Below, one piece after another: positions 39,901 to 50,787 of a stretch of 64,000 nucleotides of DNA (position 1 is the first letter of the stretch; every line of letters starts with the position of its first letter). The translations under genes were made by a program, and so were the position numbers. This DNA is from an uncultured Spirochaetota bacterium. GTDB taxonomy: Bacteria; Spirochaetota; Brevinematia; Brevinematales; JAOACQ01. The stretch spans positions 1,760,001-1,824,000 of the forward strand of contig CAWIGG010000002.1 in the NCBI GenBank assembly GCA_963835575.1, read 5' to 3'. The notes under the pieces were generated by a model, which saw only the letters and a program-made list of their open reading frames with translations, was not told the origin of the DNA and searched no databases.

Positions 39901-41097
39901 TCAACTCTCCGCAAACTCATCATAGTCTTCATAAGATTTGATCTTTTTGCCGGTGAGCCGGATGATATAGCCGCCGATTAAACCGCCGGCATAAGCTAAA
40001 ACCACTGTGAATACAATACCTGTCAATTGCGCTTTTGCTATTCCCGGCACAAAAAATATGGCGGCCAAACCGCCCAGTAACCCCGGCATTCCATGCAGAT
40101 TATGAACGCCGCATGTATCTTCAATCTTCAGGAATTTTTGAAGCGCGGGCTGTATGAAGACATAGCCTACAACACATAAAGTCCCCGCCGCGATCCCGAT
40201 TACGAAAGCCCAGGGCGCGCTGACCACGCTGCATGCGGCCCCGATCGCGACACCGCCGGCAAGGGCCGCATTGGCGATATCCGAAATGAGCGGTTTGCCT
40301 TTCCGAAGCAGAACGCTGAAAACATAGGTGCTGAGGGTCGCGCCGCATAAGGCAAGTATTGTGTTGACCGCGGTCTGCTGAAATTGTTCATGCGGAACAA
40401 CAGCGCAGCAGAAACTGGGCCAGAAAATCCATAATACCATGGAACCGATCATTGAAAACCTGTCCGATGTAGGGTCGCTCTCAATCTTTTGAACTCTCGG
40501 TTTTTTAGTTATCAATGCCATCGCAAGCCCGAGGCCGAAATACGCTCCGAAAGCATGGATAATGATTGAGCCGGCGGAATCGATAAAACCTTTCGTTATT
40601 CCCAGGCCGCCGTTCAGGACCATCCACTCATTGAACATGTAAATAGGAACTATGATTACAGCCAGCAGGGCATACTGGTAAATGCGCAGGCGGCCCAGAA
40701 CAGCGCCCATGGCGATGAGAGCGGATGCCGCCGCGAACTCTGCAAATAAGAGCGCTTTTATGGTACCGGCTGAAACAGGCTCTCCGGATACAATGCCGAA
40801 ATTTCTCAGCAATAAATAAAGGGGCAATCCCACGGCTACTACCATCAAAGTTCCAGTTGTCGCGCTGTACCCGTATTTTTTAACAAAGACCATCAGAAAA
40901 CCAAATCCGACCAGAAGCATCGCCAGAATATTAATTGAAAAATTATACTGCTGCACCTGCCTTAAATTTTCAACGATATTTGCGCCGTTTCCGGCCTCAG
41001 CCAGCAGCTGCGACGGAACTATCAGCGCCAGGACAAGAAAGCATACGAGAGCTGAAATTTTTTTTCGCATAGACAAAACTCCTTTTATATATTTCAT
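39901..41097 (-). CDS. Rh-type (Rhesus) ammonium transporter
   Basis: GFGFLMVF, MGAVLGR, DSAGSIIIHAFGAYFGL, WIFWPSF, DTCGVHNLHGMPG. Confidence 0.88.
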   Translation of the reverse strand: MKYIKGVLSMRKKISALVCFLVLALIVPSQLLAEAGNGANIVENLRQVQQYNFSINILAMLLVGFGFLMVFVKKYGYSATTGTLMVVAVGLPLYLLLRNFGIVSGEPVSAGTIKALLFAEFAAASALIAMGAVLGRLRIYQYALLAVIIVPIYMFNEWMVLNGGLGITKGFIDSAGSIIIHAFGAYFGLGLAMALITKKPRVQKIESDPTSDRFSMIGSMVLWIFWPSFCCAVVPHEQFQQTAVNTILALCGATLSTYVFSVLLRKGKPLISDIANAALAGGVAIGAACSVVSAPWAFVIGIAAGTLCVVGYVFIQPALQKFLKIEDTCGVHNLHGMPGLLGGLAAIFFVPGIAKAQLTGIVFTVVLAYAGGLIGGYIIRLTGKKIKSYEDYDEFAES

Positions 41098-41316
41098 TCT
41101 TTAAAAACAGGATTATTTAAAATCCAAAAAATACTCTAGAATACGATAGGGATAGATGGACAGGAATCTATTTTTTTTAATAGTCAGTATTTTAACAGAA
41201 CGTTTTAATTATCGCAATTTAGAAATATTTTTAAACATATTTAAAATCCCTTCCTCTGCGCGAAACCGGGCGGCCGCTCGCGGTCATCCCGGCGCATTTT
41301 CCGCTTTCAGCCTCTT

Positions 41317-42927
41317 TTAATGGAAGCGCATTTTTCTGTTCGCGGCCGGGTCTGCCGGAGGGTTATAACGGATATTTTTTATCGCAACCGTATAATATTT
41401 ATAGGGGATTAACTGAAAGAGCCTGGGATCATACGTGTTGCTTCTTTCCGCATTGATCACGGCGACCCGTCCCGGGAAGTTTGTCCCGAAATCACCTAAA
41501 ACATAGCGGTCAAAAGACTTTACTGACTGAAAAGTGTCGCCCGGATTATAATACTGGTGGTTTGTTATAAAAAGGATAGGATCAATTTTATTGTAATAGA
41601 GCACTAATGCGTATATTATACCCACTCCTTCTATGTTGACTGTTATTGTTTCTTTCGGCGCGGCAATCTGCTGCGTTTTCCGCACGGCATCGCCGAAAGA
41701 CTCATAAAAAGAACCGCCTATCCAGCCCGGATAGGTCTGAAAGTAAAACTGGCAGAAAGACAGGAAAAAACAGCAATACGCCCCGATCAGTATTTTTTTA
41801 ATCCAGGCCGGTTCTATGGCATCCAGGCCGGCGGCCGTCATAAAGATGATCGGCAGGATAATAATATTATACCGGTTGATATTCGGTTCCATATTAAAGC
41901 TCAGAATTAAGGGAATGAAAAACCAGACCCCCCAGAATATGTTCATGGACCGGATCTTTATTTTTTTGAAATAGGCGAACAGCCCTACCGCCACAAAGGG
42001 AATGGACAGGGAATAAAGAATTTTATAATCCGGCAGTGAATTATGGATTAAAGGGTCATGGCCCTTTATAAAGAGTATGTCAAAAGTCCTTGCAACAAAG
42101 TCAACAGCGTCGCTCCAAAAACGGCCGCTCAAAACGCTTGACTCTGTTGAGAAACGGGTCGGGCCAGGCAGGCGCGGTATGGTCATCCAGAGGTATTTGA
42201 TTGTGTTTAAATGAAAGGTGTTGATAATGACATAGAGAAACATGGGAAGCGCGGAAATAATAGTGACTATGCCGCTGATCATCAGGATTTTCCAGTCAAT
42301 TTTCTTTATAAAATAGAGATAGAGAGTCAGAATTATAAGCCAGAGGGGGATGAGAAGGTATGAAGTGCCGTAAGTGTATAAGCACAGGCAGAAAAATGCA
42401 TAAGCGACGGGTATCAATACTTTTCTTTCAAAACCATACAATAGAATTGTAAATGCCAGCATAAAAACCGGAGGGAACGCGTTGCATTCCAGTCCCCAGC
42501 GGCTCATCATAATATTCCATGGGGATATTGCGACAAAAAAAGCGGCTATGAGCGCCAGATTATTATTATATGTCTTCCTCACCACCAGAAACATGAGAAA
42601 TATTGTCATAATGCCCATCAAGGCGCTGGCAAGGCGTGTCGCGAAAGGATTGAGTCCGAATACTGCGATAAAGGGGATGGAAAGATAACTATAGAAGGAA
42701 CTCTGTCCGCTGCCGAAGGACACAAGATGAACCGGAAAATAATTCCCATTGTGGTCCATCCCGGTTTTTAAAATAGAGTAAGCGTCATATCCCGCCACAG
42801 CCTCATCCTGATTCAGACCGGGAGGATTAACCCCGAGTAAAAAAAGACGTATAAAAGCGCCGATGATTAAAATTAAAAACAGCCATTTATATTTTATTAT
42901 AAAATTTAAGATTTTGCTTTTGAACAT
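41317..42927 (-). CDS. GT-C fold glycosyltransferase (ArnT/PMT-like)
   Basis: PPGLNQDEA..GYDAYS, RLASA, ISPWNIMMSR; polytopic. Confidence 0.85.
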   Translation of the reverse strand: MFKSKILNFIIKYKWLFLILIIGAFIRLFLLGVNPPGLNQDEAVAGYDAYSILKTGMDHNGNYFPVHLVSFGSGQSSFYSYLSIPFIAVFGLNPFATRLASALMGIMTIFLMFLVVRKTYNNNLALIAAFFVAISPWNIMMSRWGLECNAFPPVFMLAFTILLYGFERKVLIPVAYAFFCLCLYTYGTSYLLIPLWLIILTLYLYFIKKIDWKILMISGIVTIISALPMFLYVIINTFHLNTIKYLWMTIPRLPGPTRFSTESSVLSGRFWSDAVDFVARTFDILFIKGHDPLIHNSLPDYKILYSLSIPFVAVGLFAYFKKIKIRSMNIFWGVWFFIPLILSFNMEPNINRYNIIILPIIFMTAAGLDAIEPAWIKKILIGAYCCFFLSFCQFYFQTYPGWIGGSFYESFGDAVRKTQQIAAPKETITVNIEGVGIIYALVLYYNKIDPILFITNHQYYNPGDTFQSVKSFDRYVLGDFGTNFPGRVAVINAERSNTYDPRLFQLIPYKYYTVAIKNIRYNPPADPAANRKMRFH

Positions 42928-43163
42928 AAGCAGGCTCCTCAGGCATTTCCCTTTTTCAATCTATAATATAAATCTTAAGATCGTTTTGAATGACTTATCT
43001 TTGAAACAGGAAATCAATGCTTCTATAATACCATAATTGAATTGGATTGTACAGAAAATATAAAGTCCTATTGGTAGAAGAGTAAAACCGGCGATTTTTT
43101 GTTTTCCCGATTTTTTAATATCATTTTTACAAGATGCTGAATATAATTTTTCCTGAGACCATG

Positions 43164-45093
43164 TCATTTCTTGACAAAAATATATATATTCCCGAAATTA
43201 TGGGTTAATTTGTAATTGTTGTTTATCAGAAGGCTCAGAAGATGGGGGTCGGGCTCGAAGTGCAAATGAGGAAGTGAAACGATGACATCAGGATCAAATG
43301 CCGGGAATTGACCCGCCTTTATTTGCGAGATGTTGTCGACAAAAACATGCTCTATGCGCTTGAAAGGAGAACCGCAATCATGCAGAAATACCCACAAAGG
43401 GTATTCACAGCCTGACTCGCCGGTTGACAGCCCGATATTCCGATATTTCTGCAGAGAAAGAAATTGGGCGGCTTCCAGGTAATCATTATACGGAGGCACC
43501 CTTCTATAATAAAAAAAGAAATCTGAGCGGGACATCGTGAAAATATTTACTTTATATCTGTCAAAAACCAGGGGTTTGTAAGGGAAAAAAAGCACGAAAG
43601 GCAATGAGCAAAGAAAAAGGGCCGAAACCGCAGTATAGACAACATATTTTTTATTCAGCGCTGATAATGACAATGCGATAACAGGCGCGAAGAGGATAAA
43701 AACCGGCAGATGCAGTCTCGTATGCCATGGCTGCCATTTGAGCAATAAACAGAAAAGAATTAAAATAATAAATAATTGCATTATGTACGGGAAAAGGGTC
43801 CCGGCCAGAGGACGGTTCCTTTTTGCCGATAGAATCAGAAGAGCGGCTATGATCAGCAAAACATGCAGAGGATTGGGGGATCTATCCTCACTGATCACCA
43901 GCCTGCTGACATGAAAATGCTGATCGCTCCATGGCACCACCCAGGTTGTCCGGGGGTCATCGGTGCTTAATCCAAGCCGGCGGTGAAACTCTCTGATGGA
44001 TTGCTCCAGCCCGTCATTTATCCTGTCAAAAGGCGTGGTAATCTGCAGAGCAAGGTTTCTTACAGCATTTGAAATGAACACGGGAAAAGACATCACTTCG
44101 TTGATATATGTATTACCAAGATCGCGGTTCGGCCCGAGAGGCGAACCATAGAGATCATAGTTCCTCAGACTATGGCCGAAGTTCAAAAGAACAACACAAA
44201 ACGCAATGACTGCCGCCCCGGCCCAGGCCTTCCGTCCGGGCGCTTTTATCAGGGTATAGAGATAGTAAATCAGGAACGGGAATGCATATATAAGCGCTGT
44301 CGACTTTGTGAAGAGAGCAAGCCCCAGGCTGAAACCTGCGGCAAGACAGACGCGCCATGAAGGATCTTCTTTCATAACCATTAAAAAATAAACAAAAGAG
44401 ACGATCCAGAAGGTGATTACGAGATCTGTCTGCGTATCCGAGGCTTCCAGAATTGCGATAGGCAGTACGGCTTACGATCACAGCGGCCAGGATTTGCGTT
44501 GAGCGGCCCGCCCCGAATTTTTACGCTATGAGCGTGATCCCTGTAATACTGCCGATCCATGATATCCACTGTAATAGATTGGCGAACCTGTCGCTGCCGC
44601 TTAATAATTGAAGATGGAGCAGCGCATATTCAGCCCAGGGATTCAAATGCAGCTGTCTCGGAATAAGGGTCGGATAAAATTTAAGAGACCTGTTTTGTAT
44701 CCAGTGCATTATTCGGCTCATGTGATATGACACAGAACCCCATTGGCTTGTCGGCGCGATAAAGGCAATAAACCCGACAGTCCCAATAATCAAGCTCATG
44801 CCAATCATAATGGCAATGTCGCTTTTTGATAATGGTATTATGCGCACTGGAAAAAGAGTCCCTTTTTTCATGATCAGAATCGCGGCGGAAGCAGCCAGGA
44901 CAGCGATCCACAACCCGCATATCCATGGGAAAGTGATGAGCGAGAACAGGCTTAGAAACTCAGTGCTTAAGGCTATGATTACGCCAAGTATGATAGAGGA
45001 TATCAGGAATGCTTCCCGCCAGCCGCGGACAGACCCCTTCTTGAGCGCAAGGATAAGGACGCATAGACAAACGAACGGCAATATACCGGGCAT
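43164..45093 (-). pseudogene. second GT-C glycosyltransferase, broken
   Basis: In-frame TAA at 44521-44523 (TLIA*KFGAG) and one extra A near 44472. Correcting both gives VAVLPIAILEASDTQTDLVITFW continuing into 43164..44381. Confidence 0.8.
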
Positions 45094-45398
45094 GAAAATC
45101 AACTCCAAAAGCGTGCTGTATATGCCCCTGTAAGGATGAGAACAGGAGCATGAAATACGTATTCTTTGTCACCAGGCGGATCAGAAAGCGGGATTGCTTT
45201 CCAGTCCTATTATAAATAAAAACTCAACTGGTTTTTCGAACAAGTCACTTCGTTTTTAAGAAAGAAAATGGGCCGGAGAACGTGTCCTCTTTCACATATT
45301 TCCCTGATTTAAAGAAGTATAATTTATTATACAGGCTATGTCAAATAATTCAAAATGCCTGCGGCGCATGGCTGATATAAGAAAAATAGCTCCTAGAT

Positions 45399-45474
45399 TT
45401 TAGCGTTTAGCCATAAGTTTCCAGCCGTTTCCTGCTAATCGCTAATAGCCAACAGCTAACGGCTAATTGCTATT
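45399..45474. repeat. 7-nt periodic repeat arms
   Basis: TTAGCGTTTAGC ... GCTAATC GCTAATA GCCAACA GCTAACG GCTAATT GCTATT. Confidence 0.7.
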
Positions 45475-45552
45475 CCTATTTTTACCCAGATATTCCCGAA
45501 CGTATCAATTTTGAATTCACCGGCCAGAATTAATCATTATTCACCATATTAA

Positions 45553-45837
45553 TTATTTAAGAGCTTCCCATAACGCTTTTTTGAATTCATTATAGGTAAA
45601 AGGTTTCTGCAGGAAGGTCTTGAAACCGTAACGCTCGTATTCAGCCATGACCGGTACATCGGAGTACCCGCTGTAAACAATCCCCCTGACGCCGGGGTCG
45701 ATTTTTTGGATCCTTTTCATCACCTCTTCCCCGCCCATTCCGCCGGGTATCGTCAGATCAGTGATGACAATGTCAAACGGCTCGCCGCGGCTTCCGGCTT
45801 CCTGATAGACGCGGACTGTTTCCGACCCTTCGGAGGT
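45553..45837 (-). pseudogene. 5'-truncated receiver (REC) domain of a hybrid kinase
   Basis: ...PFDIVITDLTIPGGMGG...IVYSGYS...FLQKPF; N-terminal part missing; abuts the GH5 RBS. Confidence 0.8.
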
Positions 45838-45841
45838 TTAT

Positions 45842-47605
45842 ATGAAAAGGGAAAAAATTCCCCCAAGAACAGCCTTCCTACCCGTAATGGCCGCTGTAAG
45901 CTGGCTTTTTGCGCTGTTAGTGAGCTGTTCTCTTGTACCTGGTTCTATCAATGAAAAACTTATACCCGATGCTTCAGTACCGATAGGGGTGAAAGCTTAT
46001 CCTGCCAATTCTGTCGTGGCAGTCAATGGAAAATTGAAAGTTGTCAACCGCCAGTTGTGCAGTTCCAGCGGCCAGCCCATCCAGCTCAAAGGGATGAGCA
46101 CTCACGGCCTTCAATGGTACGGCAACTTTGTAACGAGCGGCGCAGTCAGCACTCTAGCCAGCGACTGGAAAGCTTCAGTCGTACGCGCCGCCATGTATGT
46201 CGACGAAGGCGGTTATGAGAGCGACAAGTCCATAACAAACACAGTCATCGCTCTTGCGAATTATGCAGAACAGAACGGTATTTACTGCATAATTGACTGG
46301 CATATGCTTAACCCGGGCGATCCCGCGGCACATACAGCGGACGCGGTAGCGTTCTTTCAATCGATGGCGAAGATGTTTGCCTCAAAGAACCACATCCTTT
46401 TCGAAATCTGCAATGAACCTAACGGCGTGACCTGGGCATCCAGCATCAAAGCCTATGCCAATACTGTAGTGAACGCCATCCGCGCCATTGATTCCAGCGT
46501 GGTCATCATAGTCGGAACCGGCACCTGGAGCCAGGATGTCAATGAGCCCGCGGCGGATCCTCTGACCCAGACCAACATCATGTATACTCTGCATTTCTAT
46601 ACCGGAACGCATACCCAGTCTCTGAGGGATAAAGCTTCCGCGGCTCTTTCCAATATCGCCATATTTGTGACGGAATGGGGAACCGGCGATTCCAGCGGAA
46701 ACGGCGGCCCTTACTTAAGCGAAGCCACCAACTGGATGAACTGGTGTGACGCCAATAAAATCACCTGGTGCAACTGGTCCCTCTGCGACAAGTCTGAAAC
46801 ATCCGCGGCTTTAGTTTCCGGCGCAAGCACAAATGGAAGCTGGCCTGATTCACAGATTTCCGCATCCGGTTTATGAGTAAGGGATTGGATGAGAAAAGGC
46901 GCTTCCAGCGCCAGTTCGGTTGCCGCCAGTTCCAGCCGGTCCAGCGTTGCAAGCAGTACTGCATCATCTGCTGCAGTGAGCTCCAGCCGGTCCAGCGTTG
47001 CGTCTTCAGTCGCTGTAAGTTCGAGCAGGTCCGGCACGGCGTCTTCGGCTGCAGTGAGCTCCAGTAAATCAAGCGCCGCTTCATCCGTAGTAAGTTCCAG
47101 CAAATCAAGCACGGCAAGCAGTCAGGCGTCCAGCGCCGCGTCTTCCGTAAGCGGCGCTGTCAAAGTCCAGTTCTTTAACGGGAGCCTCGGGTCATCGGTT
47201 AATACGATCAATCCCCACTTCAAGCTTTTCAACACCGGAACCGCGGCAATCAGTCTGACTAACGTGAAGATGAGATATTACTACACAATAGACGGAGAAA
47301 AGACCCAGAGCTTCGCTTGCGATTACTCGACCGCGGGCACGGCAAATGTAACGGGAACATTTGTAAAAATGTCTACCGCTAAAACAAATGCCGACTATTA
47401 CTTTGAATGCGGGTTTACCAGCGCTGCGGGCAGCGTCTCGGCGGGCGGCTCAGTTGAAGTGCAGATCAGGTTTTACAAGAGCGACTGGTCGAACTACTCG
47501 CAAACCAATGATTATTCGTTTAACTCCACAGCCAGCGCATACGCCGATTGGACTAAAACAACCGGTTATGTTTCCGGAGTTCTCAACTGGGGCGTAGAAC
47601 CGTAA
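45842..47605 (+). pseudogene. lipoprotein GH5 endoglucanase, Ser linker, CBM3, with in-frame TGA at 46874-46876
   Basis: LKGMSTHG, VRAAMY, IIDWH, CNEP, HFY, VTEWG; SGL*VRDWMRK continues in frame into the linker and CBM3 (MRYYYT, SDWSNYSQTNDYSF, WGVEP). Confidence 0.88.
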
Positions 47606-47635
47606 AGATAAAAGCATCTCTGTTGATTTCCATAG

Positions 47636-47675
47636 GAGGCTGCTGCGCCGTAAAAAGCACAGCAGCCTTTTTTTT
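47636..47675 (+). terminator. intrinsic terminator
   Basis: AGGCTGCTG...CAGCAGCCT followed by a long T-tract. Confidence 0.85.
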
Positions 47676-47848
47676 AAATCCACCGGGCAAAGATATCAAT
47701 CATTACAGCATGCCGGCTGACGCCATAACATTTTTTAATCCGGTATTTTTGATTTAAGAGCCGGCTTTGTTCAGAATAATACTAGTAACAAAGCATATTC
47801 TATTTTTGGCCAATTGAAAATACAGCAACAGATTGTAATTAAATATAA

Positions 47849-48052
47849 GGGCAGTTCCAAAAACTCAAAGTCAATCAGATATTTCCAACATAGGTTTTGG
47901 AACTGCCCCGGTTATAGAATCTCTTGTAAATTTAATTGACGCTACCGTATAGAGTTCGCTGGTTGATGATCTTTTCAGATAGCGAACTCGGGCGGTAGCA
48001 TGAACTCATATAATAGCGGCAGTTCTAAATATTTGAGTTTTTAGAACTGCCC
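47849..48052. repeat. two GGCAGTTC(C/T)AAA...TTT(A/G)GAACTGCC inverted-repeat elements plus an intervening hairpin
   Basis: Copies at 47849-47908 and 48018-48052, a partial third at 21694-21735; hairpin GCTACCG..GAGTTCGCT / AGCGAACTC..CGGTAGC at 47941-47999. Confidence 0.75.
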
Positions 48053-48150
48053 ATAATAAATTTACAGATTTAAAAAAATGAACAAAGAATAACGACCTAT
48101 TCTCACGCTTTGAGAGGGGAATCTAATACGTCCTTCATAACAGCGGCTCC

Positions 48151-48672
48151 AAAATCATTCACCCCCCGCGGAAGCGGGGAATGAATAAGAGATACCGGTA
48201 TTTCCGGAAAAATCCTTGTTAAGACCCTAATTTGTATTTCGCCTTAACCTTTTTTTCCGCGTTCAGCCAATCGGTCATTTCATTACCGATAGACCCTTTT
48301 TTGTCTCTTTCAAGATAAAAATCATAAGCCTTCTTTTTAATCTCACCCAGAAACTCCTTCAATTCCGGTCTTGCCGATTCCTTTGCCGCTTCCGGCTTAA
48401 CAACTGTCTTTTTCATTTCCATGACATTCCTCCTTGTTTATTTTATTAACTTAATAATTAAATGCATTATATAATGAACAGGCGTAAAAAAAGCTCTTTA
48501 AAATTATCAGGTCTTAATGGTAAGGATTTGCACACTTGCGGATTCTCTGCAATGCGGGAAGAGAAAACGGGATTTAACTGAACATAAAACAAAAACCGTT
48601 TGTATTGTAGAGAGGTTTTTATATACTTCTAATGTTATTATACTTACTATTAAGTTAAAAGTCAATAGCGGC
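48151..48672 (+). repeat. ~520-bp direct repeat, copy 1 (DUF2934 gene plus flanks)
   Basis: Aligns along its length with 57090-57611. Confidence 0.9.
48219..48422 (-). CDS. DUF2934-like small protein, copy 1
   Basis: I.KKAY..Y.ER...G......DWL.AE; GGAGG RBS. Confidence 0.85.
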   Translation of the reverse strand: MEMKKTVVKPEAAKESARPELKEFLGEIKKKAYDFYLERDKKGSIGNEMTDWLNAEKKVKAKYKLGS

Positions 48673-48813
48673 CTGAAATCCAGCAGTTCAGTAGGATTAA
48701 AAAACCCAATCATCACCAGAAACACAGCATTTTGTTCAATGATCGCTTTTAGAGGCATATTTGAAAGGAAGTAAAAAAGATATGAAAGGGAATAAAAATA
48801 GGCCGAATGAAAT

Positions 48814-49827
48814 TTAAAATTTGTAGGCTATTATCAAACCGCCCACAACCTTGATTGTTTCAATAATCTCGCCGACATGGCCAAGGCTTCCTGCCTCGCC
48901 TTCACTTGTAGGCTGGTACCTGATCTGTTCCTGGTCTCCGGAACCCGTAATATAATCAAATGTGCAATCAGCCGTAATTGTCAAATTAGGTATAATTTCA
49001 TAAACAATATTGGCAAAGCCTCTGCCCCCGAACAGAATACCAAAGCTCGTGGATCTCTTTGACCGGAGTATGTGATCATCCACATCCGAAAAAAAACCGG
49101 GAAGCGTCCCGCCCCCAAATCTGAACTGAAATGGTCCGGCATTTATTGTGAAATTATTCAGGATTGGAAAAATAAATTCTACAAAACTGCGGCGGATTGC
49201 GACAATATTGGTTTTAATATTTTGAGCATAAATTGGGGACAAAAAATTTGAATACTGTCCATAGGAAGGATAGGTCTGGAATAAGTTTTCTGTTTCAAAA
49301 TAGAAATATTGAACTTCTAATCCGAATAGAAATTGAAAGACAATAGGTCCCCAGGTCCAGCAATGTATAATGGGATGAATATAAGCCAGCCAGATGTCAT
49401 CTCTGGAATCACTCTGGGAATAAATATCCAGTGTATGTTTATCGGCCCAGGTGTTGCCGTTCAAATACCAGTATCCCCAATCGGAATCAAACATTTTCCC
49501 GGTAATTAAAGGAATATTTTTTTGCAGGCTGATCTTGATATCCCAATCAGGAATAAAATTATAAAATTCAAATGTGAAATATAGAATTGGGTCGGACATC
49601 GTAAATTTCAACTGGCTTAATTGAAAGGGTATGTCAACGGCGCCATTCTTGTAATTCCAATAATCGCCGATCTGGTACAGGGTTTGACCGTATAAATAAC
49701 CGCTGCCTATCCCGACCTGAAGGGAATTAGTGCTGGTATTTCCCCCCCGGCAGATGGATGTTAATAAAATGAAAATAGTGAATGGAACGATCATTTTAAA
49801 AACAATACATTGAGATTTTTTAACCAT
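48814..49827 (-). CDS. omptin-family outer-membrane protease-like protein
   Basis: LSQL, MFDSDW, DDHILR and C-terminal YKF. Confidence 0.65.
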   Translation of the reverse strand: MVKKSQCIVFKMIVPFTIFILLTSICRGGNTSTNSLQVGIGSGYLYGQTLYQIGDYWNYKNGAVDIPFQLSQLKFTMSDPILYFTFEFYNFIPDWDIKISLQKNIPLITGKMFDSDWGYWYLNGNTWADKHTLDIYSQSDSRDDIWLAYIHPIIHCWTWGPIVFQFLFGLEVQYFYFETENLFQTYPSYGQYSNFLSPIYAQNIKTNIVAIRRSFVEFIFPILNNFTINAGPFQFRFGGGTLPGFFSDVDDHILRSKRSTSFGILFGGRGFANIVYEIIPNLTITADCTFDYITGSGDQEQIRYQPTSEGEAGSLGHVGEIIETIKVVGGLIIAYKF

Positions 49828-49846
49828 AACAAATCCTTAATTTAAA

Positions 49847-50578
49847 TTAAAATTCAATGCCGATTGAAACAGGCAGCAAAAAATTAAAGAACATATATTT
49901 TTTCTCATTATTAACATAGGTCATCTGGCTCATGCAAAGCTCCAAAGCGACGCCGGCAATAAACCTGTCTCCAAGGAACATCCCGAATTCAAGTCCTGCC
50001 TGTCCTCCAATACCTCCGGCTGTATCCCGGTATTCATTAAAGTCTGGATAATAACCGGAAAATAAATTGATAACATCCTGAGACAAATTAAATAAAGAAT
50101 AATTCACGCCATAGTAAGGTTTCAAATAATATTTAGAACCAGGGGCCAAAAAAAAACGATTATACCAATTTAATTGAAAAACCGTCATAAATCCCACATT
50201 CAATGAAGAAGGGCCGACGGCTGATATATTATTGAAAATGGTCTTGAATTCAAATCCGGCGTCTGGAAAAACTTGAATTCCGGCTTTAACGCCAAGACCA
50301 AAGTCAAGAAATATATCGGGAGGAGGGTTAAGACCTCTTGATAGAAAAAAAGCAAGGCGACTGTAAAAATACCCGGTATTACAGGAAACAGAAATATCAA
50401 ATAGATGACTGACACGCTCATTATCATTTGAATTTTCCCCATATGCAAAGACTGCCCCAGAAATAATTAAAGCAAATATCAAGTTATAGTAAAAAAGTGT
50501 TCTCTTTAACATCCCGAACCCCAAACCACAAAATATTTTAACTATAATTCCATTTGAAGTAATTGTCAACACCGGCAA
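49847..50578 (-). CDS. outer-membrane beta-barrel protein (start probably internal ATG)
   Basis: Signal peptide, alternating beta strands, YLKPYYGV, terminal F. Confidence 0.65.
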   Translation of the reverse strand: MPVLTITSNGIIVKIFCGLGFGMLKRTLFYYNLIFALIISGAVFAYGENSNDNERVSHLFDISVSCNTGYFYSRLAFFLSRGLNPPPDIFLDFGLGVKAGIQVFPDAGFEFKTIFNNISAVGPSSLNVGFMTVFQLNWYNRFFLAPGSKYYLKPYYGVNYSLFNLSQDVINLFSGYYPDFNEYRDTAGGIGGQAGLEFGMFLGDRFIAGVALELCMSQMTYVNNEKKYMFFNFLLPVSIGIEF

Positions 50579-50787
50579 TGTAAATTTCCCTTTTCACAGA
50601 AATAAATTTCCGCTTGAGATGTTAAAAAAAGGCGGCCGGTCAATTATCATAATCCCCGGGTGTGGTTTCTAAAATTTTCAAATAAGCTTTTTTATTGCTA
50701 TCGCGTTAGACTCCGCCGTTATATGAAACCGCCCGACTTTTTAGAAAGAGCCGCACGCGGTAAATAGAATAGATTATTTTATCATAA

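Noticed and set aside
16843..46876. Stop-codon reassignment explaining in-frame stops
   Set aside because: The lesions involve TAG, TAA and TGA once each plus frameshifts, and all three codons terminate normal genes in this window.
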